Virus record (IMG/VR): IMGVR_UViG_3300028914_000084
Length of the DNA stretch: 64,000 nucleotides
Strand: one strand, 5' to 3'
DNA from: an uncultured virus (IMG/VR IMGVR_UViG_3300028914_000084)
Lineage: Duplodnaviria > Heunggongvirae > Uroviricota > Caudoviricetes
Part shown: positions 1-9,721 of the stretch, piece after piece
Numbering within the stretch: the stretch's first letter is position 1
How the letters are laid out: the number at the start of each line of letters is the position of its first letter
The notes under the pieces: model-generated
Database searches by the model: none
What the model saw: only the letters and a program-made list of their open reading frames with translations
What the model was told of the DNA's origin: nothing
Made by a program: the position numbers and the translations under genes

Positions 1-15
1 TCTCCTTTTTATATT

Positions 16-462
16 TTATTTTTCATTTAATTTAGGAACTTCGATTCCTAATTCTTTTGCTGTTTCATTTAATTTAGCATCAGAAATATCTATACCTTTA
101 GGCATGATGCCTTTAATAAAGTCTGCAGCTGCTGTGTCACTTGTTGCTAACTCCATATATAATTCTGAAAATGCTTCAGTTTGTGCAAACCTATTTGCTA
201 AACTTATTCCATCATCAGTTGTTTTAATAAACATTTTACCATCGGCACTTTTTTCACCGTATGATTGAAGAATAATTTTCTTAAATAAGTCAATAATGGT
301 TTTAAGGTCTTGGGCTTTGATAATTTTCATAATATATTCTTCAAAACCTCCATCTACACCTAACTCCATTTGATATAGTTCAGCTTTTGTTAAATTGAAA
401 TAGAAATCTTCGTTTCTTTCAACTCCATTATAATCCTCATACTTAATTGTTTTTTTTAACAT
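16..462 (-). CDS. Tail assembly chaperone
   Basis: Immediately downstream of the major tail protein; size and position typical. Confidence 0.7.
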   Translation of the reverse strand: MLKKTIKYEDYNGVERNEDFYFNLTKAELYQMELGVDGGFEEYIMKIIKAQDLKTIIDLFKKIILQSYGEKSADGKMFIKTTDDGISLANRFAQTEAFSELYMELATSDTAAADFIKGIMPKGIDISDAKLNETAKELGIEVPKLNEK

Positions 463-490
463 ATTGATTCTCCTCTCCTAATAAAAAATC

Positions 491-1177
491 TTATCCTGAA
501 ACAACGCCAATCTTTTGAGCGATTTCATCAGGTAATGGTAATCTTGGATCTGTAGCTTCGTCGCCTCCACTAGCATTTGTTCCATATAAAATATCTTCTA
601 TTTCTTTTAATTTAGCTTGTAATGCTACAGTGTTAAAGTCTCTAGAATCTATTTCTAGATACGCAGTTGGTTTAGAACCTGTTACATTTACTGGTGTAGT
701 ATTAATTTCCCAAGATAATGTCATAGCTTCTGGACTATCATTTATAGTAGCATAAGATTTTTCACTTGGTGCTGCTTGACATCCATAAACGATGTGAATT
801 TTGTATCCTGCTTCTGGATTAGCGTCACTACCAACTTTAGTTTTGTAACAGAATCCAAATGGCATACGAGCTTGTTGTCCAATTGTTACACCTGTAGCAA
901 TAGATTTTTCACCGTTACAAGCTTTGAATTCATCTGGATACATATAAGCTTCAATTGTAGCTTTAAATGTTTCATTTGATAATAAGTTTAAATATTCTCT
1001 ATTATCAGCCCATAATTTAGTAGCTTCTGCACCTTCTGGTGATTGGCTTACGTTAGTTAAACCATTCCAAGCTACACCTGTTTGGTATGCATTGTCATTA
1101 TATGGATAAAGAACACCATCTTGCACACCTGTTTCATAAAATTTTTCACCTGTTTGATCCCATACAAGTTTTCCCAT
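491..1177 (-). CDS. Major tail protein
   Basis: Siphovirus MTP-like motifs (LWADNREY, YGCQAAPSEKSYATIND, LSWEINTTP); follows neck genes. Confidence 0.85.
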   Translation of the reverse strand: MGKLVWDQTGEKFYETGVQDGVLYPYNDNAYQTGVAWNGLTNVSQSPEGAEATKLWADNREYLNLLSNETFKATIEAYMYPDEFKACNGEKSIATGVTIGQQARMPFGFCYKTKVGSDANPEAGYKIHIVYGCQAAPSEKSYATINDSPEAMTLSWEINTTPVNVTGSKPTAYLEIDSRDFNTVALQAKLKEIEDILYGTNASGGDEATDPRLPLPDEIAQKIGVVSG

Positions 1178-1192
1178 AGTTTAAATTCCTCC

Positions 1193-1498
1193 TTAATAAT
1201 ATAATGTTATCACATCATGGTTTAGATTATCCGATGTATAATGTCTTTCGTATGACGATAATGGTAAATCTAATAATTTATCGATAACTGAATTATCAGG
1301 TAATTTATCTATTACTATTAATTCGTATCTTTTTCGTTTATTATATTTTGCATTATCAGCAAACATTAATTCTACGTCATCGGTAGTATATCTTATACAT
1401 GGATATTCCATTTTTAAATTTTCAGGAGGTTGATAATAAACATGTTTATTACCTAAAAGTTCTTCTAATAAACTTTGTAGTTCAAGTCGTCTATTCAT
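1193..1498 (-). CDS. Tail terminator/completion protein
   Basis: VYYQPP..YPCIRY motif; directly before MTP. Confidence 0.7.
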   Translation of the reverse strand: MNRRLELQSLLEELLGNKHVYYQPPENLKMEYPCIRYTTDDVELMFADNAKYNKRKRYELIVIDKLPDNSVIDKLLDLPLSSYERHYTSDNLNHDVITLYY

Positions 1499-1805
1499 TA
1501 TATAAACCTCCTAAACTTAATGTAATTCTAGGGAACTGAACTTCAGCAGTTTCTACTTTCCATTTAGTTCCCATATAAGTTACATAATAAATTTTTTGGA
1601 AATTTTGATTGGCATATGGGTCGGCTATTATACTTAAAACGTTAGAAATTGTTATATTATCATTAGTAGACTCTGAACGTTGATAACGTTTGGTATTTCT
1701 ACTCCATTCACCATAATACGGTCTTTCGATAATATCCTCTACCCATATACCTGGAGACGTTTCTTTCGTATCAAGAAAGCCTATTTTCCCATAATATTTA
1801 GCCAT
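1491..1805 (-). CDS. Head closure (stopper) protein
   Basis: About 100 aa, beta-rich, directly after the capsid gene. Confidence 0.65.
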   Translation of the reverse strand: MAKYYGKIGFLDTKETSPGIWVEDIIERPYYGEWSRNTKRYQRSESTNDNITISNVLSIIADPYANQNFQKIYYVTYMGTKWKVETAEVQFPRITLSLGGLYNE

Positions 1806-1830
1806 TTTGAATTTCTCCTTTTAATTTATT

Positions 1831-3687
1831 TTATCCTGATACAATAGGTTGATCTACTGGTTGTTCAAGAGCGATAGCTGAGAATGGTCTAATTAAAGCT
1901 CCTGATAAACGAGTTTCCATTAAATATTTATATTGGTTGAAGTCGATATCGAAATCTTCGAAGCTTGTGATTTCTCCACCTTTAGTTGAACCAAATTGAT
2001 AATCAGACATATTTACAAATAAACCTAATAGCTTCTTAGTAACTGTTTCATGAGTTGTAGCATCTTCATAAGAACGTGTCTTGTTTTCAAATTGTTCGAT
2101 TGTATAAATATCATTAACATTTAATGCTGCTGCTAAATCACTCTTAGAACTATAAATTCTACGACCATTTAAATCTCTAGCTAGTAACATTACATTTAAT
2201 AAATGTGGTGTACAATAGAAATCTAAAGAACCACTACCTTTATATTTTTCACGAGCATATAATGCTGATTGGATAATAGCTTCTGCGTAAATATAATTTT
2301 CACCGAAATGAGCTCCTGTTTCAGTTCCTTGAAGTGTTTCTGCTGCTGCATCAACATCTACATCTTGGTGAATAGTATATAATTCTGCATCATGCCAGAT
2401 ATCTTGAATATGAGCTGATTGGATTTTGTCTTCATCTTCAGGTTCACGACCATCACCAATTAGTGCAGCTCTAGCTATTTCTCTTTCAAGAGCATCTTTC
2501 ATAATTCCTTTTTGATATGCAACAACATCAAAGTCAGTAATATCGATTATATCATCTCTGTCTAATTTATCTTTAACATAAACAGTTTGAGGATCATGAG
2601 AACGTCCTTTTAATTTCCATTGACCAATTAATTTCTTTTCTTCAGCTTTTGTATATCCCATGGCTCTGATATCAGCTTCTTTAAGATCTGTATATCTAGT
2701 TTTTACACGAGAAATTGGTGATTTCTTAGCTCTAGATAATACTCTAGTTACCCATTCCCAATTTTCATCTAGTTTCTCAGGTGCTCCTGGATTTAATAAT
2801 TTATAATCTGGGAATAATTCTGTAATATCTTCGAAACTATGTTTTAAACTTTCATTATCATTCATATAAATTTCTAAAGCTTTCTTAAAGCTTCCGCAAT
2901 CTTTAGCTAACTTAATAATGTTCTCTTCATCACTGTGTTGTAGAGTTGTTTCTACTGGATTATCTTTTTCAAATATATTATGTTTCATACTATTTTCTTC
3001 TCCTTCTTCATTATTATCTTCTTCGTCGTCTTCATCATCACTGTGTTCTAGCGCTTCACCAACGATTGCATAAACGGCTTGTTTTTGTTCGTCAGTTAAT
3101 GTGTTGAAAACGTCTTCGATAGTTTTTTCGCTTGTTTCTTTTTTATCATCCATATTTTTACCTCCTTCATCTGAATGTGTTACTTCTTCTGATGGTGCTT
3201 CTTCATCATTATTAGTATCAATAACATTAATAACAGCATCAGTATAGATAGTTCCTTCTTCCTCTTCTTCACCAGATTCATCATTATGACATATAACAGA
3301 ATCTATGTAAGCTCCTGGATTGGCTCCGGCTAGAACAAGACTAACTTCTCTAATACATCCGTGTATTACATTATTGTTTTGTGATTTTAGTCGATTAGCA
3401 TAAATAGATAATTTATCGATATCGCCATTAACAACTAATTTTTTAGCATTCTCTCCATTTTCTGTCGTATTGAATTTGCAATATGCATACACACCTTCAT
3501 CGCGATTTTCTAATAGAGCGTGACCTAATACTTCATTAACATTATCATGATTATGGTTCCATACTAAAGGTACTTTTTGACCATCATTATCTTTGAATGC
3601 ATTTCTTTTGATTGTTCTACCATCAGAACATTGAATATCATTTCTAGTAGCCCATCCACTGAAATCGTATTGTTTACTCATATTCAT
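1831..3687 (-). CDS. HK97-type prohead protease-scaffold-major capsid fusion
   Basis: N-terminal protease motifs (FSGWAT, PLVWNH, LSI, EVSLVLAGANPGA); acidic linker; HK97-like C-terminus (FDIDFNQYKYLMETRLSGAL). Confidence 0.88.
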   Translation of the reverse strand: MNMSKQYDFSGWATRNDIQCSDGRTIKRNAFKDNDGQKVPLVWNHNHDNVNEVLGHALLENRDEGVYAYCKFNTTENGENAKKLVVNGDIDKLSIYANRLKSQNNNVIHGCIREVSLVLAGANPGAYIDSVICHNDESGEEEEEGTIYTDAVINVIDTNNDEEAPSEEVTHSDEGGKNMDDKKETSEKTIEDVFNTLTDEQKQAVYAIVGEALEHSDDEDDEEDNNEEGEENSMKHNIFEKDNPVETTLQHSDEENIIKLAKDCGSFKKALEIYMNDNESLKHSFEDITELFPDYKLLNPGAPEKLDENWEWVTRVLSRAKKSPISRVKTRYTDLKEADIRAMGYTKAEEKKLIGQWKLKGRSHDPQTVYVKDKLDRDDIIDITDFDVVAYQKGIMKDALEREIARAALIGDGREPEDEDKIQSAHIQDIWHDAELYTIHQDVDVDAAAETLQGTETGAHFGENYIYAEAIIQSALYAREKYKGSGSLDFYCTPHLLNVMLLARDLNGRRIYSSKSDLAAALNVNDIYTIEQFENKTRSYEDATTHETVTKKLLGLFVNMSDYQFGSTKGGEITSFEDFDIDFNQYKYLMETRLSGALIRPFSAIALEQPVDQPIVSG

Positions 3688-3695
3688 TCTCCTTT

Positions 3696-5066
3696 CTATG
3701 CTTCTTTTTCATCATTTAATATTTCACCAATGATAACATACATAGCTTGTTGTTGTGTTTCATCGAGTGATTCAAATATTGTTTGAGCTCTTTCTGGAGT
3801 CATTTCACCAGACGGTTGCTCATTTTCTTGATTAGTAACTGGCTCATTTTGATTATATGGCAACATATTAGATTGTTCCTCTGGGTGATTTAAATTACTA
3901 TTTATCAATTGGTCAGCTTTTGGGTCGTCAGATGGTTTACGACCTATTATTTGTCTAAATTCATTAGATGTCATAATTTCATTTCTAGTGAATTTATCTG
4001 CTATCTCTGCTAAATCTTTAGGTGGTATCAATCTAAATGGATCAATGAAATATTCTATACTTTGACCTTGAGTTCTTGCTGTCTTAGATAAGAATTTTCT
4101 TTTCATCTCATCTGTTATTGATGCAATTATAGGTTCTATGGTTCTAGCATAATAATTAGTCATTGTAGCTTCATCAGCAGTACCGTCTAATATCGCTTGT
4201 GTTATACTCAACTGGCTGAAAAGCATGCTCGTCCAGTACTCAACTTGCTTCATTAGATTGTTTTCTAGAGGTCTGTTTAATTGTGTTACTTTTTCGGTAC
4301 CATCAATATATGCTACTCCATACTTTGAATTTTTCAATTGGTCTTCAATATCTGATACTCTATCATTAGCTTGAGATTTTCTGGTAGCTGATTTAACACT
4401 GTATGGTAATTGTATTATCAAATCTAATTTACCAGAACAAGTTTGATCATCTACCATATCCAATAATGCCAATTTATTCAATAATCGTGATAGAGTTGAA
4501 TTTGGCTCGTTCATTACTGAATAAAATGGATTTTCGATTATAGCTATTTTAGATTTAGATATTATAACATTCTCTCTTTTCATAGTCTTCTGATTATACA
4601 CATTTACTTTTACATTATCAGGATACCATTCTACTATCTTTCCAGTTCGCATACTAAGAATATCAAAAGTTGTTGTATTTTTGGGGTTTATATCAGTATC
4701 TACTGGGACTATAGCAACGCAACCTTCGTCAAACATCGAAACTACTATATCTTGTATAAAAGCGCGTCCTGTTTGGTCCATGTTAGCATTAAGATTTAGA
4801 CATTCATTCAAACCAGAATTTATTTCTGATTCGAATTGTCCATCAACTGTTTTGCAATGTGATATATTTACAGAAGCTACATCCAATGCAATACGATTAA
4901 ATATAGTATTAACTATAGTTCGGTCTTTACCGCGCGTCAATCGTCTTCTATCGGGTCTATAGCCTCCATTACTATATGTTATAACATTAGTTCTATATTC
5001 GGTAGGGTCTCTATTTAAAAAAACATTTACTGCTTTTTTTAGTCTAGACCCGATTGTCATGTCCAT
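3696..5066 (-). CDS. Portal protein
   Basis: Between terL and protease; IFNRIALDVAS and IMTSNEFRQIIG portal-type motifs. Confidence 0.88.
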   Translation of the reverse strand: MDMTIGSRLKKAVNVFLNRDPTEYRTNVITYSNGGYRPDRRRLTRGKDRTIVNTIFNRIALDVASVNISHCKTVDGQFESEINSGLNECLNLNANMDQTGRAFIQDIVVSMFDEGCVAIVPVDTDINPKNTTTFDILSMRTGKIVEWYPDNVKVNVYNQKTMKRENVIISKSKIAIIENPFYSVMNEPNSTLSRLLNKLALLDMVDDQTCSGKLDLIIQLPYSVKSATRKSQANDRVSDIEDQLKNSKYGVAYIDGTEKVTQLNRPLENNLMKQVEYWTSMLFSQLSITQAILDGTADEATMTNYYARTIEPIIASITDEMKRKFLSKTARTQGQSIEYFIDPFRLIPPKDLAEIADKFTRNEIMTSNEFRQIIGRKPSDDPKADQLINSNLNHPEEQSNMLPYNQNEPVTNQENEQPSGEMTPERAQTIFESLDETQQQAMYVIIGEILNDEKEA

Positions 5067-5099
5067 TATACATCCTCCTTATTATTAGTAATTTTTCTA

Positions 5100-5306
5100 T
5101 TAACTAATATCTTGTAGTGTTATTTGTTTTACAGTAAATGTTCTATTAGCATCAATTTCGTGCAATATAGTGCTTTGAGCAGATGCGGATGATGAACTAG
5201 TAAATATAATAGATTTATGTATATCAGAGTCTGTAAAAATGCCATTGTAAGATAAATTAGAAAAATACTTTAGTTCGTTATTTTCAGTTATAGTTAGAAC
5301 ATACAT
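5100..5306 (-). CDS. Hypothetical protein
   Basis: ORF coupled to the upstream gene. Confidence 0.5.
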   Translation of the reverse strand: MYVLTITENNELKYFSNLSYNGIFTDSDIHKSIIFTSSSSASAQSTILHEIDANRTFTVKQITLQDIS

Positions 5307-5770
5307 TATTTAGACCCCCTTATTTTACTTATTTTACTTATTTTTTTATTTAAATAATTTTTACCAGAATTTATAGTTTTTGATATTTGATTAGATATTT
5401 TTTTACTAGCTATTTTACTTTTTAATATAAATCTAGATGCTCTATTTAGGGTATCAGCAGTTATTTGTATACCCTTCATGGTGGCATTAGTTTTTGCTAG
5501 GTCTAAATAATCATATTTTAAAGCTTTTTTATAATGCTTTGGTCCGTAGGTTTTTCCATCATATGGAGATTTATAATGTATATTATTTTTTATCATATAT
5601 TTATCAGTATTGATTGTTTTTTCTATAATATCTTTTTGTTTAATTAACTCTCTAGTATCGTAATAGTATACCCATCTACCATTTATTCGTTCTCTTTTTA
5701 TATATTTATAATGTTTTAGTCCATCTGAATAGTCAGCGCCTAAATATTTATCACTATGATATAATTCCAT
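5306..5770 (-). CDS. Basic hypothetical protein with N-terminal LxH motifs
   Basis: Strong SD; MELYHSD...LKHYKY; Lys-rich. Confidence 0.6.
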   Translation of the reverse strand: MELYHSDKYLGADYSDGLKHYKYIKRERINGRWVYYYDTRELIKQKDIIEKTINTDKYMIKNNIHYKSPYDGKTYGPKHYKKALKYDYLDLAKTNATMKGIQITADTLNRASRFILKSKIASKKISNQISKTINSGKNYLNKKISKISKIRGSK

Positions 5771-5782
5771 TTTATTTCCTCC

Positions 5783-7528
5783 TTATTCAAATGCCTCTCT
5801 ATTATTTTTATAAGCTACATAAGCATCCATCATAGCAGCTACTGAATCGATTTTCTGATCTGATCTTTTCTTATATAACTTTTTATTACCATTAGTGTCT
5901 TGTAATATTATACAGTTACCCATAGTAAATTTCATTATTAGCTCATCAAATAGTAATAATCTATCTTCTGCTAACATTTTTATTTCACCTAAAGGAACTG
6001 ATTCTGTTTTAGCTCCTTGTATTACTTTTTCTATTCCATATGATCCATTTTCTCTTTCCCATCTTTCTACAAAATCTTTTGCATTATATGGGTCGTAACC
6101 AAATGCTCTAACATCATACTGTATGCATTCTATATATTGAGTCAGGTCTTCGTATATTTCCATAGGGTCTAGTATAGTTCCGTCCATTATTATTAATGTG
6201 CCTTCATTTATAAATTCTTCATACTTTTGTCGCATAGCTCCTGGTAATTTATCTAGGGTTCTTTCTGTTATATAGTTTCTAGTTTTAATACCGAATGCTC
6301 CATCACGAAGCGGAAACAAGAAAGTAAATGAACAAAAGTCATCACCTTGAGATAAATCGGCTCCTAGAGCACATGGCATACCGAAATATTCAGATTTTCT
6401 ATGTGGTAATGTTTCTTCATATGTAAAGAAATAAGTATAACCTTCCATAGGTATTCCAAAACGTTTAGCTAAAATATCATTTCTATTAGATGGTGCTTTT
6501 TCAGCTCTTTCAACATCCAATTGATATGTTTCATAAGAAACTGTTTTACCAAGATTAGGGTTAGCTTTTAACCACTTATCCGGTTCTCCTACTTCGTCTA
6601 TATTATCCAATTTATACCACCATATAGACACATGCGGATTGTAATATTCACCTTTTAGAATATCCATAAGCTCCATTTTGATTGTGTCTCCTGGACCATT
6701 TCTTACAGTTCCCTCTGAACTAACTGCCACTATTAAATAATCGTCATTTTTAGAAGCCCCCTGTTCAAGTGCTCCTATAACATCTTCTCTTATGTCACCT
6801 GATAACCATTCATCGACAGTATTTATTCTACTATTTAAACCTTGGACTTTGTCTATTGACATTGGTTTTATTTCTACTAATGAATTAGTCAAGAAATTTT
6901 CAATACCTTTTTTAGTAGGTGTTAATTTAGGTCGTCTAGCTCTAGCACCAGTAGTGTTATTTATTGAACCTTCTGTTAAGAACTTAAATAAAGGTCCTTT
7001 AGCTCTGGCTATAGCAGTTCTCATAGGTGCTAATACTTGCTCAGCTTGATACATAGTTGGTGCTATATGCACCTGATGTGTAGTCGATGTGTCGACATTT
7101 AGAAAATACTCATGTATATAAGATTGGTATTGTGATTTAGCGGCTCCTCTGGCAATGATTAGATATTGTTTATTTATTAATCGTTTCTTTATCTTCTTTC
7201 GAACATAATATCCACCATATCCATCTTTAGATGGCATATAAACACTACGTTCTACAAAGTAATACCAGCAAAATATTTGCTCTCCCCATAATTTAAATGT
7301 ATCCAGCATCTTTAAATCGCTTCCATCAGTAAGCGTTAACTCACTTTCGCAGAAGTCAATCCAACCATCCATAGCTTTATCATCATAGTAAAAACCTGGA
7401 TTTTTTATAAGTGCATCGATTCGGTTCATTTCCATTTCGATGTTCTCATTAACTGGAATTTCGCCCCTCATTACAGCATCTCTAAACATACCATAATATT
7501 TAGGTGTAGCTGTATTAGATAATGCCAT
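5783..7528 (-). CDS. terL: Terminase large subunit
   Basis: Walker A-like IARGAAKS, Walker B VDE, nuclease motifs GADLSQGDD, YDPYNA, KIDSVAA. Confidence 0.93.
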   Translation of the reverse strand: MALSNTATPKYYGMFRDAVMRGEIPVNENIEMEMNRIDALIKNPGFYYDDKAMDGWIDFCESELTLTDGSDLKMLDTFKLWGEQIFCWYYFVERSVYMPSKDGYGGYYVRKKIKKRLINKQYLIIARGAAKSQYQSYIHEYFLNVDTSTTHQVHIAPTMYQAEQVLAPMRTAIARAKGPLFKFLTEGSINNTTGARARRPKLTPTKKGIENFLTNSLVEIKPMSIDKVQGLNSRINTVDEWLSGDIREDVIGALEQGASKNDDYLIVAVSSEGTVRNGPGDTIKMELMDILKGEYYNPHVSIWWYKLDNIDEVGEPDKWLKANPNLGKTVSYETYQLDVERAEKAPSNRNDILAKRFGIPMEGYTYFFTYEETLPHRKSEYFGMPCALGADLSQGDDFCSFTFLFPLRDGAFGIKTRNYITERTLDKLPGAMRQKYEEFINEGTLIIMDGTILDPMEIYEDLTQYIECIQYDVRAFGYDPYNAKDFVERWERENGSYGIEKVIQGAKTESVPLGEIKMLAEDRLLLFDELIMKFTMGNCIILQDTNGNKKLYKKRSDQKIDSVAAMMDAYVAYKNNREAFE

Positions 7529-8136
7529 TAACTATTCCTCTTTTTCTTTAATCCTTTATCAAAAGAATCCATACCCATTTCACCATATTTCTTTATAAAA
7601 TTTGTAACTAGATCTTTGCTAGCAGTTGTAGCAGCGGGTATCAATACATTCTTGGCTACAGCACTAACAAACTTTTGACCATTAGTAGCATGGTGATTTT
7701 GTAACTCTATTAATTTCTTCTCACTATCTAATCTATTAATTCTATCTTTTAAATCAGAATCTGATAGTTTTTTAATTTCGTTTTTTGTTAATGGGTCACT
7801 TTTTGATTTTGATTTTGTTTTTTCTTTATTAGGTATGTTGTCTTTACCATAATCGACATTGTATTTTTCTAATATATATCTTTTAGCTTTTTTTATTTTT
7901 TCATCTTGCTGTTTTTGCAATTTTCTTTTTCTTGCTTCTTCTTTAGCAATTTTCTTTAATTTCTTTATTTGTAGCTTGGTATTTTCTTTTATGTTTTTTT
8001 CTTTTGTTTTTCTTTTATGGTATTCTAAAGCTACTTTTTTTATATCACTGAATATATGTTTATACCATTTCATACCTAGTCTGCCCCAATGATATAATTC
8101 GTCTGAGCTATATTGTTCTTCATTCATATTACTCAT
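7528..8136 (-). CDS. Basic head-module protein with LxHxGxxGMKW motif
   Basis: ELYHWGRLGMKWY at the N-terminus; Lys-rich. Confidence 0.65.
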   Translation of the reverse strand: MSNMNEEQYSSDELYHWGRLGMKWYKHIFSDIKKVALEYHKRKTKEKNIKENTKLQIKKLKKIAKEEARKRKLQKQQDEKIKKAKRYILEKYNVDYGKDNIPNKEKTKSKSKSDPLTKNEIKKLSDSDLKDRINRLDSEKKLIELQNHHATNGQKFVSAVAKNVLIPAATTASKDLVTNFIKKYGEMGMDSFDKGLKKKRNS

Positions 8137-8473
8137 CTCCTTTTATCATTAATCGCCATTCTAGTTCTTGAATTTGTTGTTTATATGATTCTATAACAGA
8201 ACCGTTTATAGGTGGGTCAAATATCATTTTAACTTTTAAATAGATATAGTCTTTTACCGCATCTATATTATCTTCTTCTTTGAAATATTCTTTCCATTCA
8301 TTAGAATTATTTTTTATTCTATATCCTTTTTCAGGACCAATACCTAATTGATTTAATGTCATGAAAGCTGAATTGATATGGTTTATAATAGTTGAATCGA
8401 AATCATTGCATGATGGGTCTATACCTAAATCTTTTTTAATAGAATCTAATATGCTTTCATCAAACATAAGCAA
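8129..8473 (-). CDS. Probable head-tail adaptor
   Basis: SILDSIKKDLG...YIYLKVKMIFDPP...ELEWRL resembles gp6-type connectors. Confidence 0.6.
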   Translation of the reverse strand: MLMFDESILDSIKKDLGIDPSCNDFDSTIINHINSAFMTLNQLGIGPEKGYRIKNNSNEWKEYFKEEDNIDAVKDYIYLKVKMIFDPPINGSVIESYKQQIQELEWRLMIKGDE

Positions 8474-8478
8474 TCACC

Positions 8479-8895
8479 TTATCTAATTTCTATATAATCT
8501 TTTACACAATAACCCTCTATATCATTTACCTTTACTTTGTAAAATCCATTAGATGGTTTTGCATTTTCTATAATTACACTAGTTCCTTTGTCAATTATTG
8601 TTAAAACTTTCGCTAATTTGTTAGCAGTTCTTCTAACATTTAATTTAGAACAATTAACGACTACACCTATTATTATTTCGTCATCTTTAGCATCTTCTAC
8701 GATATCATCTTTAACTTCTTCATCTTTAACGTTTTCGATATTTTTTTCTTTTACTTCTTCTATGATATCATCTTTAACGTCTTCAATGATTTCTTCTTTT
8801 ACTTCTTCATCTTTAACGTCTTTAACGTCTTCAACGATTTCATCTTTTTCAACATCTTTGTCTTTGTAATATTTTCTGTAGCTATTTCTACTCAT
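8479..8895 (-). CDS. Acidic-repeat protein with C-terminal SH3b domain
   Basis: SD AAGGAGG before ATG at 8895; KLNVR...GFYKV...EGYC SH3b pattern. Confidence 0.7.
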   Translation of the reverse strand: MSRNSYRKYYKDKDVEKDEIVEDVKDVKDEEVKEEIIEDVKDDIIEEVKEKNIENVKDEEVKDDIVEDAKDDEIIIGVVVNCSKLNVRRTANKLAKVLTIIDKGTSVIIENAKPSNGFYKVKVNDIEGYCVKDYIEIR

Positions 8896-8908
8896 TTTTC
8901 GTTCCTCC

Positions 8909-9340
8909 TTAATGTATCCAAGGACACATATCATTTTTAAATCTTTCAACTGGTTCTGGATATAATTCACTCCTATCACCATAATGTATTGCATCGTGAG
9001 TTTTCTTTACGGTTGTTATAAGATATTCTGGATCTAATAAATATTTTGATTTATTAATTATATCATCTTGAGTTATTGGGTTCATATGATGTATTAGTAT
9101 TTTATCGTAATTTATTTCATACCCATCACAACCTAAATCACAACCTCTATCTCTAGCTATTACTTTATTTCTAATATTTCTCCATTCAGTTGAATTATAA
9201 AATTTTTGATTAAGGTATCGATCGAAACCGAATGTTTCTTCACATACAACACCATTCAAATTTAAATAATCAAATCGCTCTTCGAAGGTTTTTAGCTTAC
9301 TTAACTCTGAGTAGCTCTTTATGTTTCTACTATTTATCAT
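8909..9340 (-). CDS. HNH endonuclease (packaging-associated)
   Basis: WRNIRNKVIARDRGCD, IHHMNP, THDAIH; adjacent to terS. Confidence 0.85.
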   Translation of the reverse strand: MINSRNIKSYSELSKLKTFEERFDYLNLNGVVCEETFGFDRYLNQKFYNSTEWRNIRNKVIARDRGCDLGCDGYEINYDKILIHHMNPITQDDIINKSKYLLDPEYLITTVKKTHDAIHYGDRSELYPEPVERFKNDMCPWIH

Positions 9341-9689
9341 CTTCTGAAACGTCCTCCTCTTCGTAATCATGACCTTGATAATGTGTCATGGCTTTGATAG
9401 CTTCTTTGTACATTTCTTCAATTTCTTTAGCAGATTCTAATGATTGAATTTTAGCAGCAGCTAACTTTGCTTGCATTTCTAGTAACTCATTCTTCTTTTT
9501 CATTTCAGCGGTTGCTAATTTTAAATAATGAGTTATAACTTGTGAAGACGCGGTTCCATCTTTCAATTGTTTCTCAGCTAGTTCTGTTGCTAGGTAAATC
9601 ATTTGATTCTCTCGAGCTTCAGGAGTTAAAGCAGGTCTTATACTAGGGCCTTCTGAATTTTTGCTTGATACTTTTTTAATAGTTATCAC
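9330..9689 (-). CDS. Probable terminase small subunit
   Basis: Small helical protein, first gene of the packaging module; start codon uncertain. Confidence 0.6.
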   Translation of the reverse strand: MITIKKVSSKNSEGPSIRPALTPEARENQMIYLATELAEKQLKDGTASSQVITHYLKLATAEMKKKNELLEMQAKLAAAKIQSLESAKEIEEMYKEAIKAMTHYQGHDYEEEDVSEDDK

Positions 9690-9721
9690 TCCTTTCTAAC
9701 TATTTATTAAGCTTTTTATTA

